Source of the DNA: Alphaproteobacteria bacterium
GTDB lineage: Bacteria; Pseudomonadota; Alphaproteobacteria; UBA7887
Direction of reading: 5' to 3'
NCBI GenBank assembly: GCA_965216755.1
Contig: CBDCGL010000011.1
Span: forward strand, 1,856,001-1,920,000
DNA: 64,000 nt
The notes beneath the pieces are model-generated. The model did no database searches. It worked only from the letters and a program-made list of their open reading frames with translations, and had not been told where the DNA came from. Shown here in pieces: positions 21,120 through 31,412 of the stretch; position 1 is the stretch's first letter; each line of letters begins with the position of its first letter. A program made the position numbers and the translations under genes.

Positions 21120-23585
21120 TCACACTTTGCGCATTGCCGCCATAATCGCATCGGGTGTGATCGGCATGTGCCGCACCCGCGCACCGACCGCATTGAATAT
21201 GGCATTGGCAACCGCTGGCCCGACCACCGTTGACGACGGTTCCCCAACACCACTCGGATGATGCCCGGATTCCACGATCTCCACATCGATCTTGGGAACT
21301 TGGCGTAAACGGATCGGCACATATGTGTCAAAGTTGTGCTGTTCAAATGCGCCGTCCTTGATCGTCAGTCGTTCCGAAAGCACTTGGCTGGCGCCCCACA
21401 GCGCCGCGCCTTTCACTTGGGCCTTGATGTTCACGGGATTGATCGCGATTCCCATGTCCATGGCAATCGTCAGCTTTTCAAGCGTCACAGCCCCCGTATC
21501 GGGATCGACACCAACTTCCGCGACGCCGGCGACCCAGGTTGGGCTTTGGCGTTCCTCCGCTGATGAAACGGCGATGCCCATGCCATGGTTCTTGGGCATC
21601 GATTTACCGTAGTTGGCCTTGCCGGCCGCCACGCGCAGCACATTGGCCAGCCGCTTCGCGCCGCCAACCGTCGCAGATTCGTACGGGATCCACGACCCCT
21701 CTTGCGTCCAAGGCAGTGATATCCAAAGGCGATCCATGTAATAGTCAGACCCCGTGCCCGCCGGATAGCCGCTGTTCGGGATACCGCGGCTGCCACCTTC
21801 GCCGGACAGCAAGGCGAGTCGCATTTCCAACGGGTCTTTGCCCAAACGATGGGCAATTTCATCGATGAACGACTCGACGACGAAGAAGTTGTACGAGTTC
21901 GACACCGTGCGTAGCGCGGACGCTTGCACAGCCCAGGTGGTCTGATCGTGATTGATTCCGCGGACACGGTGATTGGCGACCGAATACCAGTGATCACTGC
22001 CACCGATCGACCATTGATCGATGTCGCGGCCCGATCCGTCGGCCGCATCGAGCTGGAGCCAATCGGTGCCAAATTCTTCACCAACGCTGAACCGCGGCCC
22101 CATCCAGCCGCACACGATGTCGTGCTCCATGGCGCTGAGTTCACCATCTTTTAGGCCGGCACGGAGTTTGTGGAAGGTTGGTGTACGCGGGAAGCTTGTG
22201 GCGAAGTTCGTCTCGCGTGTTTGGATCAATTTGACCGGTCGGCCGGCTTGCATACTGCAATAGGCGGCCGCCAGGATTTCGTCATAATCTTGCTTGCCAC
22301 CGAACCCACCGCCAAGCACAGATTGGTGAATAACTACAGAAATCTCTTCCGCCGGTTTGCCTGTCACATGCGCCATGTAGCCGGTCAAGGTCATGCGCGC
22401 GAATGACGTGCTCTGAGTCCCGGTATACACATGCCACGTGCCATCGACCTCATGCGCGGTGGCGTTCAGTGGCTCCATCGTCGCATGACACACCATGTCG
22501 GTGGTGTATTCCATTTCCATGGTTTCGTCGGCTGCTGCCATCGCCCCGTCGACGTCGCCGTCTTGTACCCACGGTGCACCGGCATTCGGGTCCTTTTGTA
22601 ACTCCCGATATTCGACAAGCAGCTGGTCGAGGCCAACATCGCCGTGGGGGCCAGGATCCCATTCCACATTCAACGCTTTGGCAGCTTTCATGGCGGCAGG
22701 AAAGCTTTCCGCGATAGCGATAACCCAACCCGTGCATTTGCCAAACGAGTCATCGACAATCACGGCCTGGACGTATCCGGGAATTGACTGGGCCGCCGAA
22801 TCATCGACCGACAGCGCTTTTGCGCCGTATCGCGAGCGCGGCATGACCAGCGCACCATAGGCCATGTTGGGCAAGAACGTATCAATGCCATACTTGGCCT
22901 GTCCGCTGGTTTTGTCAGGGATATCGAGCGCAGGGACCGACTTGCCGATGATCCGATACGCGTCTGGCGACTTGCGCGGCACATCGCGGAAGTCATCCGG
23001 ATAGGCGAACATCCGGTCGATTGTCGTTTGCTGCAAGATCGTCGCATAACCGATAGAGCGCCGGGTCGTCTGATCGATGACTTCGCTTTGGCGCGCGATG
23101 CAATCCGCAGGCGACGCGCCCAAAATCTTCGCGCCCGCCTCGATCAATGTGATCCTGCCGGCCGCACCGGCCCGCGAGATACGATCGAACTCGGTTGTGA
23201 CACTGCCGCTATTGACCGTATAGGCCAGACCATATTTTGCGAAATTCTCGACACTGCCCTCAGGGTAGTTCAGTGTCACCTTGTCCCAATCGACCTCCAG
23301 TTCATCCGCGATAATCTGTGCCAAGGCGGTCCCGATATGCTGCCCCATTTCGGCCTTAACGATGTTCATCTTCGTTTCGCCCGAGGGCAACATTGTGAAC
23401 CAAATCGACGGCGTGAATGGGACTGGCGCCGCGGTCGCTGTCCGGCCCGCCGCACCGAGAACCGGCAAAATCCCGATGCCGAACGCCACGCCACTGGCGG
23501 CGGCCATGCTGCGCACCAAGACGTCGCGGCGCGAAGGCGCCAAATCATCGACGGTCCGCGCTTTGCTCGAGCTGTTCTTAGACAT
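21120..23585 (-). CDS. Molybdopterin-binding subunit, IorB-type aldehyde/N-heterocycle oxidoreductase
   Basis: SRRDVL Tat-like motif, KAEMGQHIGT, HATMEPLN, LGGGFGGK and GVGEP catalytic Glu. Confidence 0.92.
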   Translation of the reverse strand: MSKNSSSKARTVDDLAPSRRDVLVRSMAAASGVAFGIGILPVLGAAGRTATAAPVPFTPSIWFTMLPSGETKMNIVKAEMGQHIGTALAQIIADELEVDWDKVTLNYPEGSVENFAKYGLAYTVNSGSVTTEFDRISRAGAAGRITLIEAGAKILGASPADCIARQSEVIDQTTRRSIGYATILQQTTIDRMFAYPDDFRDVPRKSPDAYRIIGKSVPALDIPDKTSGQAKYGIDTFLPNMAYGALVMPRSRYGAKALSVDDSAAQSIPGYVQAVIVDDSFGKCTGWVIAIAESFPAAMKAAKALNVEWDPGPHGDVGLDQLLVEYRELQKDPNAGAPWVQDGDVDGAMAAADETMEMEYTTDMVCHATMEPLNATAHEVDGTWHVYTGTQSTSFARMTLTGYMAHVTGKPAEEISVVIHQSVLGGGFGGKQDYDEILAAAYCSMQAGRPVKLIQTRETNFATSFPRTPTFHKLRAGLKDGELSAMEHDIVCGWMGPRFSVGEEFGTDWLQLDAADGSGRDIDQWSIGGSDHWYSVANHRVRGINHDQTTWAVQASALRTVSNSYNFFVVESFIDEIAHRLGKDPLEMRLALLSGEGGSRGIPNSGYPAGTGSDYYMDRLWISLPWTQEGSWIPYESATVGGAKRLANVLRVAAGKANYGKSMPKNHGMGIAVSSAEERQSPTWVAGVAEVGVDPDTGAVTLEKLTIAMDMGIAINPVNIKAQVKGAALWGASQVLSERLTIKDGAFEQHNFDTYVPIRLRQVPKIDVEIVESGHHPSGVGEPSSTVVGPAVANAIFNAVGARVRHMPITPDAIMAAMRKV

Positions 23586-23586
23586 G

Positions 23587-24051
23587 TCAGGCCTCCCCTC
23601 GCGCGATTTCCGCAGCACGTTTGACTGCGTCGACAATGCGAAAATAGGTGGCACAGCGGCACAAATTGCCATCCATCCAATCGACGATCTCTTCGTCGCT
23701 GGGATCGGGATTGCGGTCAATTAACGCTGCCGCTTGCATGATTTGCCCAGACTGGCAATAGCCGCATTGGGGGACTTGTTGCTCGATCCACGATTGCTGC
23801 ACCGGATGGCGATCGGCGTGATGAAGGCCTTCTATCGTCGTGATCAGGGCGCCATCCGCATCGCCAACGTTTGTTTGGCAGGATCGTACGGCCTCACCAT
23901 TAACGTGCACGGTGCAAGAGCCGCACAGGCCAATCCCACAACCGAATTTGGTGCCGGTAAGCTGCAGGGTTTCTCGGATCACCCACAGCAGTGGCGTGTC
24001 GTCCGGGACATCAACGAAGTGACTGTGCCCGTTGATGGTCAATTGGGGCAT
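23587..24051 (-). CDS. (2Fe-2S)-binding subunit, IorA-type
   Basis: [23 protein letters not shown] and NLCRC motifs; RBS GGAGG. Confidence 0.95.
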   Translation of the reverse strand: MPQLTINGHSHFVDVPDDTPLLWVIRETLQLTGTKFGCGIGLCGSCTVHVNGEAVRSCQTNVGDADGALITTIEGLHHADRHPVQQSWIEQQVPQCGYCQSGQIMQAAALIDRNPDPSDEEIVDWMDGNLCRCATYFRIVDAVKRAAEIARGEA

Positions 24052-24144
24052 TTTCAGCGGCCTCCTTTCTGGCTTGCCGAATCCGCAGATCCACGCAGAT
24101 AAAGCCAGCGTGAAAGATGCGTGCAATCCCATGCGCGCCATCCC

Positions 24145-24182
24145 TATCCGAATCGTGCCACGTTCGCGCGCGATACTTGACA
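24145..24182 (-). promoter_or_regulatory. Putative tandem AraC/XylS-type operator upstream of the IorA-type gene
   Basis: Minus-strand TGGCA-N6-GGATA (24160-24145) resembles the XylS TGCA-N6-GGNTA box; a weaker TGTCA half-site lies 22 bp upstream. Confidence 0.4.
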
Positions 24183-24280
24183 CCGCGCGACATGTCGCGC
24201 CAAGCTTTGTGGCTCAACACTGCATCGAGGGTGCAACAGACGCCAGGAGCGTCGCGGACGGGCGTGCTGGGGAGGTTGAT

Positions 24281-25297
24281 GTGGTGGCGGCAGCCACGAA
24301 AGGGTTAGGTTTCGGCCCGCTTTCACGGTACCAGGTTGCTTTGACGAATAACCCGGATGAAGCAACCGACATCATTTCGCAGACCTATTGCGGCCATAAG
24401 GTCCGAGTCCTAAACTCGTCGTCAGCGCTACGCTTCCGCTTTTGCGAGGCCCAACTTCGCCGCACGACGATTGGAGCCATGTCGTTCAATGACGATTTCC
24501 ATTACGACCTTGGTGAAACAGAGTCCTATTATTTGATACAGATCGCAGATTCTGGAGCCATTCAGTATGTTAATGGTGGTGAACTCTGTGACGTAACGAC
24601 GAAGCAAGCGATGGTGACATCGCCGACGCGACCTCTGCGCATCTGCTATAGCGCGAAATCGCGCGGATTGATCTTCAAAATCTCGAAAAGCGCGCTCTGC
24701 CGCCATCTCAGTGCCTTGATCGGCGCGCCCATTGGCAAACCCCTGATCTTCCAAGCGTCCGTGCCCGCGGCGGCGCCGTTCAGCGGCCGCTACCAAAGGC
24801 TGCTCGCTTACATATTGGACGAGCTCGACGTGGACGGCGGACTATGCCATGCGCCCCTGTTGGTCGCACATGTGGAAGACATGTTGATGACGGCATTGCT
24901 GACCGAGCAGCCGCACACATACACGCATTTCTTGGAACGACCGCTATCGGCGGCGAACTTGCGGGCAGTGGAGAGGGTCGAGGAGCATGTCCGAGCTGAT
25001 CCGGGACTTCGCCACACGATTGAGGACTTCGTGGCATTGACCGGGGTTAGTGGACGGTCACTTTATCGAGCCTTTCAGATTCACCGTGGCTACTCGCCGA
25101 TGGCATTTGTGCGCCATGCCCGGCTGAGCTTGGCTCATGATCGCCTGTCTGCGCCCCGCGCGGGCGACACGGTCACCCGCATCGCGCACGATTGCGGCTT
25201 CGATCATCTTGGCCGCTTCGGCAAGGATTACCGCTCTCAATTTGGTCGAACACCTTCTGAGACACTTAAGTCCGCTCGACACGCACTGTTCGGCTAG
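24281..25297 (+). CDS. AraC family transcriptional regulator
   Basis: C-terminal double HTH (GVSGRSLYRAF...CGFDHLGRFGKDYRSQFGRTPSETL); GTG 24281 follows GGAGG; divergent from the iorAB-like genes. Confidence 0.92.
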   Translation: MVAAATKGLGFGPLSRYQVALTNNPDEATDIISQTYCGHKVRVLNSSSALRFRFCEAQLRRTTIGAMSFNDDFHYDLGETESYYLIQIADSGAIQYVNGGELCDVTTKQAMVTSPTRPLRICYSAKSRGLIFKISKSALCRHLSALIGAPIGKPLIFQASVPAAAPFSGRYQRLLAYILDELDVDGGLCHAPLLVAHVEDMLMTALLTEQPHTYTHFLERPLSAANLRAVERVEEHVRADPGLRHTIEDFVALTGVSGRSLYRAFQIHRGYSPMAFVRHARLSLAHDRLSAPRAGDTVTRIAHDCGFDHLGRFGKDYRSQFGRTPSETLKSARHALFG

Positions 25298-25534
25298 ACG
25301 ACAAGAGCGCGCTGGCCATTCCGGGATCCATTTCGAGGGTTTGAAAAGTTCGGCCGCACGGTCTTGCATGGATCAAACCGGAACGCTTGACCGATCCGGA
25401 ATTTGCGGAGCAAGCTAACAAGTTCCGAAGATCACACGGCATCCGGCTTTTGGACCCTTTGAGCCCTGTAAAGCAATGCGCCAACATCGACGATGACCGA
25501 TCCCCGGGACTGATCGGCGGACGCGGAGGGAAAT

Positions 25535-26941
25535 ATGACGACAATGGACCTGTGCATGCTGTCCGCGACAGAGCTGACGAGCCTCTATCGCACGCGTCAA
25601 CTTTCTCCGGTTGAGGTGACACGCGCCGTCATTGATCGGGTCGAGAAATATAACCCAACTTTCAACGCATTCTGCATCATGGATGCGGAACAAGCGTTGG
25701 TACAGGCCGGCAGATCGGAAGATCGCTATCAAAATAGTGCGCCGCTTGGTCCCGTCGATGGTATTCCGACGACCGTCAAAGATTTGATTCTTGCGAAGGG
25801 TTGGCCAACGCGCCGCGGCTCCCAAACGATTGATCCGGACAGCCAAACGTGGGACCAGGACGGACCACCTGTCGCGCGATTGCGGGCCGCCGGCGCGATC
25901 ATTCTGGGCAAGACGACAACGCCCGAATTTGGCTGGAAGGGCGTTACCGATAGTCCACTGACCGGCGTCACAGGCAATCCGTGGCGCGTCGACCTGACGC
26001 CCGGGGGCTCCAGCGGCGGCGCGGCCGTGGCGTGTGCCCTTGGCATGGGCCATCTTCATGTCGCGACAGATGGCGGCGGCTCCATCCGCATTCCATCTGG
26101 TTTCTGCGGTTTGTTCGGATTCAAACCCACATTCGGCTTGGTTCCCGTGCACCCCCATTCGCCGACCGGCAGCCTATGGCACCAAGGACCGATCGCCCGT
26201 TCGGTCAACGACGCGGCACTGATGCTATCTGTGATCGCCAAACCGGATGGGCGCGATTGGGCGGAAATCCCTCTTTCTATTGATTTCGCGCGGTCGTCTC
26301 GAGGAATGGAAGGGCTCCACGACCTGCGCGTCGCCTATAGTCCGGATCTCGGTTATGCAACGGTCGACCCCGAAATCGCCCGCGCGGTCGAAAGGGTCGC
26401 CGATTGGTTCGAGGAAAGTGGTGCCATTGTTGAAAAAGTTACGCCGGGATTTGATAACCCTCTCGCGGCAATGGTCGATCTTTGGTCGGTTGCCTTGGCT
26501 ATGGCTGTCGACGGTTTTGACGACAACAAACGCGCCTGCCTCGACCCGCCAATTCTTGATATCGCCGAGCATGGCCGAACTTTGGGCACGGTCGGTTATC
26601 GCAAGGCCGAACGCCAAAGAGAGGTTTTGGGCACCCGCATGAGCCAATTTCATCTGAGCCATGACGTTCTTCTGACACCGCAGTTACCCATACAAGCATT
26701 TCCGGTAGGTCACGAAGTCCCTCCGGATAGCAACATGACCCGTTGGTGGGACTGGTCGCCATTTACCTATCCTTTCAACATGACCCAACAACCGGCGGCG
26801 ACCCTTCCGTGCGGCATGTTACCAAATGGCATGCCAGTGGCCGCACAACTCGTCGCGGCACGCTTCAATGATATGCTGCTCATCGACGTCGCACGAAACT
26901 ACGAAGCCGAACATCCGATTGCATTACCACAAATAGTGTGA
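25535..26941 (+). CDS. Amidase signature family protein
   Basis: TVKDL, GKTTTPEFG, TPGGSSGG and ATDGGGSIRIP motifs. Confidence 0.95.
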   Translation: MTTMDLCMLSATELTSLYRTRQLSPVEVTRAVIDRVEKYNPTFNAFCIMDAEQALVQAGRSEDRYQNSAPLGPVDGIPTTVKDLILAKGWPTRRGSQTIDPDSQTWDQDGPPVARLRAAGAIILGKTTTPEFGWKGVTDSPLTGVTGNPWRVDLTPGGSSGGAAVACALGMGHLHVATDGGGSIRIPSGFCGLFGFKPTFGLVPVHPHSPTGSLWHQGPIARSVNDAALMLSVIAKPDGRDWAEIPLSIDFARSSRGMEGLHDLRVAYSPDLGYATVDPEIARAVERVADWFEESGAIVEKVTPGFDNPLAAMVDLWSVALAMAVDGFDDNKRACLDPPILDIAEHGRTLGTVGYRKAERQREVLGTRMSQFHLSHDVLLTPQLPIQAFPVGHEVPPDSNMTRWWDWSPFTYPFNMTQQPAATLPCGMLPNGMPVAAQLVAARFNDMLLIDVARNYEAEHPIALPQIV

Positions 26942-27218
26942 TATTCATTTTGTTGACACTCATCCTATACATATATTTTGCTGATCGTATCAATGTCTTA
27001 CCACTGAATTGTTATATAATATGTAGTATAGTAATTTTTGTCTGTGTATACACTCGTGCCACTGGCACCAAGACGAAACAAAGGTTGAACAGATCCCCGC
27101 TACGTTTCTTGTTTTGTTCTAAGGCTCGCCATCGGGTGTAGACAGCGCCAAATCCCGGAATAATTCTTAATACACGTGGCGCATGACGGTCATGCCGCCC
27201 AAAGAAAGGACCATCGCG

Positions 27219-27527
27219 ATGCATCCGGTCACCGACAAAGCCGAAGTCTCCATCGACTTCCCGGAAAAGTTCTATATGGGGTCGTTTGGCCGCGACTCGA
27301 CTTTCGAAGCGCGCGCCGAAGACGACGGCTTGGTGATCAAGTTGCTCCGCCCCGGCGACAAAAAGCGTGCCGTCGGCGTGCACCTACACCATCACCTTCT
27401 CGCGGATATTCTGACAGATTGGGCCGAATCCCTTAGCGCGCAGCCGCCCATGCCGGAAGACCATCGCGAAACCCTGCTGTCCGCGCTCGCCGCAATCGAA
27501 AAAGCGCTCAAGAACAGCGCGGGCTAA
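27219..27527 (+). CDS. Conserved hypothetical protein
   Basis: RBS GAAAGGA and typical codon usage; YMGSFGRDS...HLHHHLLADIL. Confidence 0.7.
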   Translation: MHPVTDKAEVSIDFPEKFYMGSFGRDSTFEARAEDDGLVIKLLRPGDKKRAVGVHLHHHLLADILTDWAESLSAQPPMPEDHRETLLSALAAIEKALKNSAG

Positions 27528-28366
27528 TACGGCTCTTCACCTTCAATCAGCAATCGATGGAGAAGCCGTTTCTGGCCTCGTGGATAGTCGTCATTGGCAT
27601 GATGCATGGAACACCGATTGTCCCACACCACCATGTCGCCCATCCGCCAAACATGATGATATTCGAATCGCGGCTGGGTCGCGTGAGCCATAAGCTCATC
27701 GATTAACGCATCGCTTTCAGTGTGCGCCATGCCCTCGATTTGTTCTAGGCGCGTGGTGCTCAGGTAAAGCGCCTTTTCGCCCGTCGGCGGATAAGTCCGC
27801 ACAAGTGGATGCACAACATCCGGCGTCGCCGCGATTTCTTCGGCCGATCGCTTGAACATCGGTTTTGGTGTCCGGCTGCTCTCATAAACGTGTCTCGCGC
27901 GCAACCCATCGATTCGGTTCTTGGTTGCGGCCGGCAAGCTGGCATAGGCCGCGCGCATGTCGCAAAAGCTTGTGTTGCCGCCATGATCGGGCAATGCGAC
28001 CGCATAGAGGATCGTTGCATTTGGTGGCCGCGCCACGAACGAATGATCGGTATGCCAGGCCGTGCCCTGCGGCAAGCGCTTGCCATCGCCATGCACATCG
28101 GCCGCCTCGCTCGAGACGACGCCGATTTCTGGCGCCAAACCGAGTGTCAGATGCTTATTCACCTGCGTTTCCAAAGTGCCAAACAGGGCACCGGCGCGCA
28201 TGAACTCATCGGGCGATAAGTGCTGGTCGCGAATGCAAATGACGGTGTGCGCGTAAAGCGCCTGGTTAAGCGCATCCAGGTCCGCTGGTCCCACGGGTTC
28301 GCGCAAATCGATCCCCGTGACTTCGGCCCCCAAACTTTCACCAAGACGCCGCACGGACACGGACAT
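27524..28366 (-). CDS. TauD/TfdA family Fe(II)/2-oxoglutarate dioxygenase
   Basis: WHTDHSF (HxD), GGNTSF and WDNRCSMH motifs. Confidence 0.95.
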   Translation of the reverse strand: MSVSVRRLGESLGAEVTGIDLREPVGPADLDALNQALYAHTVICIRDQHLSPDEFMRAGALFGTLETQVNKHLTLGLAPEIGVVSSEAADVHGDGKRLPQGTAWHTDHSFVARPPNATILYAVALPDHGGNTSFCDMRAAYASLPAATKNRIDGLRARHVYESSRTPKPMFKRSAEEIAATPDVVHPLVRTYPPTGEKALYLSTTRLEQIEGMAHTESDALIDELMAHATQPRFEYHHVWRMGDMVVWDNRCSMHHANDDYPRGQKRLLHRLLIEGEEPY

Positions 28367-28607
28367 GACCCCTCACCTCGTTGCCTGTTTCCCCAGCGGC
28401 CCCACACTCGCGACCGAGACTTCCAATTGCGTCGCGATTATAGCGCGATCCGAACGGTCCGGCGAACCAAACTCAGTGCCAAACAGGCGCCACGCAATCG
28501 TTCAGCGCGTACCAACCGGCGCTCTCAAGCCATCGCGACTGACGCGGCGTCGGGTCTTTCTCGTCGACCATCAATTGTCGAAACATCCGAGATTGTCCCG
28601 GCTTGGG

Positions 28608-29555
28608 CTACGGATTAATCGCGCCAGAGCGCGTGGCCATCGTTGCGGCGTGGATGACGCTGCTGACGCCCAGTTTTTGCATCGCATTCCTTAAGTGAAA
28701 ACGGACTGTGTTCTCGCTAACGCTGAGTATCCGCCCCACTTCCCACTTGGTTTTGCCACGGGCCGCCCAGAGTAAGCACTCTGCTTCTCGATCTGTCAGC
28801 ATGGGCGTCGATGAATTGGTGGATCGATCTGGGCGGACGCGCGCAATGGTCTCGTGGATATGATAAGACATCGCCTGCAGTTGGAGCCGATGTCTAAGCC
28901 AAAAGTCGCCACGCGGGTCGGCCGCAATGTCGGTGGCAAACGTAAAAGCGGCGAGCGATCCTTCGGGCCCATGAATCGGAATCGGAATGGCCGAATGCGG
29001 GCCACAGGCAGTGAGTTGATCAAGTACCGGTTTGTGTGAGGTCGTCGACCGACCGCGTTTGATCAGCAGCTCCCATGTCACGGGCACCACCGAAAACATC
29101 GCGTGCCGACGAGCGAACCCAAAATTGGCAAAATGGTAATCCGGATAGCCCTCAGCATAATATGATCGATCGTTAGGATCTTCTCGCTGCGCCAACGACC
29201 GACACCGCGGTCGGATCTGATGATAGGCGAATGTTCGGACGCCGATGTCCAATACCGCCGTTTGTATCGCCGCACCGAGAGCCTGCAGGGACGAAACGTC
29301 GTCCAATCTCAGCAAAAAATCGTCAAAATCTGGTGTCGCGCCGCCACCGCAGTTGTCGGACTTCTTCGGGCTCCGGATGGCTCCGTGTTTACCACGCGTC
29401 GATACGGCTTCGCGCGCTCGTGATTCGTTGTCGCACTCACGATTCCGCCATTTGCGTGCTTGCTCAGCAATAGCGCTATTTCGTGCCGCCAAATCGCGCT
29501 CTTGCGCTGCTGGGTTTGAACGCTCTGTCGCAAAACGCCGGCTTCGAACAGACAT
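28608..29555 (-). CDS. LuxR-family regulator (autoinducer-binding-type domain plus HTH), LuxR solo
   Basis: LTDREAECLLWAARGKTKWEVGRILSVSENTVRFHL HTH plus PVTW and IPIHGP segments. True start uncertain; the domain begins near 29330. Confidence 0.8.
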   Translation of the reverse strand: MSVRSRRFATERSNPAAQERDLAARNSAIAEQARKWRNRECDNESRAREAVSTRGKHGAIRSPKKSDNCGGGATPDFDDFLLRLDDVSSLQALGAAIQTAVLDIGVRTFAYHQIRPRCRSLAQREDPNDRSYYAEGYPDYHFANFGFARRHAMFSVVPVTWELLIKRGRSTTSHKPVLDQLTACGPHSAIPIPIHGPEGSLAAFTFATDIAADPRGDFWLRHRLQLQAMSYHIHETIARVRPDRSTNSSTPMLTDREAECLLWAARGKTKWEVGRILSVSENTVRFHLRNAMQKLGVSSVIHAATMATRSGAINP

Positions 29556-30559
29556 CTCGCTTGGCTGACAAAATAATTGGTCGCGCCTGCCGTTTCCCTC
29601 TGCCCCTGGCGTCAAGTGCCAGCGGCTTGCGGATGTAGGCGGCAAAGTCTGCAAGCCACTCACTGCGGCGTACGATCCACGTTTGGCCAAGATCGCGGCA
29701 TTCAAACTCATCTCCCGAAATGTCGGTTCAAGCTGGCCCCGCGACCACGCGATGAGTCTCGAAGACGGACCGCTGAGTGAGTCTATGTGTGAATTTGGGC
29801 CTCCGGCGAAATCGTCAATCACTTCCCGTGGCGACGACCGGAAACCGCGCTTGTGATCGGATTTGCGATGCATCGCCCATGGGACGCGCCAATCGCGACC
29901 GGCCCACATCTCGCTGTTCAGACAGATCACAACAAAATCGGCTATAGCGTTCCAAAACGGCTCGCCAGTCTCTTGGCGCCAGTCAAAAAAAATGACCCCG
30001 TTGCCGACCCTAAACTGACAAATCCTAAATCCCCACGCCTGGCCCGTGCCTCCATGAGCCATCGGGGTGTTTGGTGCGAACCTGGAGGATCGTCGTAGCT
30101 TGTCGAACGCGCCCCCACCACAGATCGCAAAGATCGGGGTTTCTTGCGATACGGCCATCTCGACTTCCCCCAAAAAGCTCCAATAGCCACGAATATCTCG
30201 TTACGCTTTAGTAATAAGCGTCCGACAGTACCTTCAGGTTGTCAATCGGCAATTTCCATACAACCAAGTTGCGGCCATGCGGGAGAGGAGCAAATGAAGC
30301 GGAGGCTGGGTTGGCAGGCTTCGGGGTCTCGCCGCGCAGTTGTCGCCGTAGAACCGGAACGCCTTGGGGTTTCGTGATGCCGTCATCCTGCTCATCGAGA
30401 AAAGCCAGCCGGGACGGAACGGGCGCGTCCAGCTGGCTCAGACCGACGTGCAAGCAGGGATCTTATCAACGCGGGCCGCCCGCTCGCGCCGTGGCCATGC
30501 GGCCAGAGCGGATTGGTGCCCGCCCCGGTCATTTGCCGCCGCTGACGCTAACTGTTTCT

Positions 30560-30926
30560 TCGAACCAATGACCGCGACCTTGCCGTCATGGCCAAAGCGC
30601 CCTCTTTTTTTGCCAGCCGTCGCCAACGAAACACCAGATTGGCGTCAATCCCATGACGGCGGACCAAAACCAAAACACACGCTCCGGGCACAAGAATGTC
30701 CCCGACGCCGACCAGATCTTGTTTGGCCGCCCAACATCATCGACGCTCCGCTCCTGCGATGACTTTTTTCCGCCGCAATTCATCAGACATATGCAATTGC
30801 CTAGGGCCTGCCTAGCAGAGTGCTGAAAAACGGTTCGCGTTGGGCGGTGTATGGTGAGTCTCTGTGGGAGCGGGATTGGGAGATGTGATGCGTGGTCAAG
30901 ACGAGCGCAGCGGCGACCGACGGTAC
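30560..30926 (-). mobile_element. IS66-family relic (left end plus degraded tnpA)
   Basis: From ATG 30790 the minus strand reads MSDELRRKKVIAGAERR*...LVPGACVLVLVRRHGIDANLVFRWRRLAKKEGAL. A left-end-like GTACCGTCGG...CTCGTCTTGACC starts at 30926. Confidence 0.7.
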
Positions 30927-31412
30927 TTGCTATCCTAATGAGTCCGAATAGGACACGTGATGCCCAGCAGAAACATTGCACCACAGACAATCGGGTCTTC
31001 CGCCCGCAGTTCATTGTCCTGCCACGCCAGTAACTTGAACGATTCTCCATGCTTGACAAGGTGCGCGAATCACTCTTGGCGGAATCAGGGGCCCAGACAT
31101 TGGGATAGGAATTCGTACACCCGATCCGTGGCAAACCTTGATGTTAGCGCCCCGACCAAACTATCTGAAAAGACCGACATCTCTCAGACCGGAAATGTTG
31201 TCGGCTCAATATGACTTGGCTGTGCGCCCGTTACCGGCGATTTCCCCACGATGTCAGTCTATTGGTTGCGATACCATCGCACCTTCCGATTTGCATTGGA
31301 CATCCCGATCAGTTCGTATATTTGTTCTATAACATTCGATAGCACCACTCGCCGGAACCATTCTGATCTGCGACTCAGTTTTGTTACGGCCTTGCATTTT
31401 TCCGGTCGTCCA

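Noticed and set aside
29556-30173. 521-aa LuxR with a long N-terminal extension (ORF track)
   Set aside because: The extension has no protein-like motifs and is probably a chance open frame in a GC-rich spacer
30294-30560. Short ORFs after a strong RBS (GAGAGGAG-ATG at about 30294)
   Set aside because: Stops after 27 codons and no family is recognisable; may be decayed sequence within the IS66 interval
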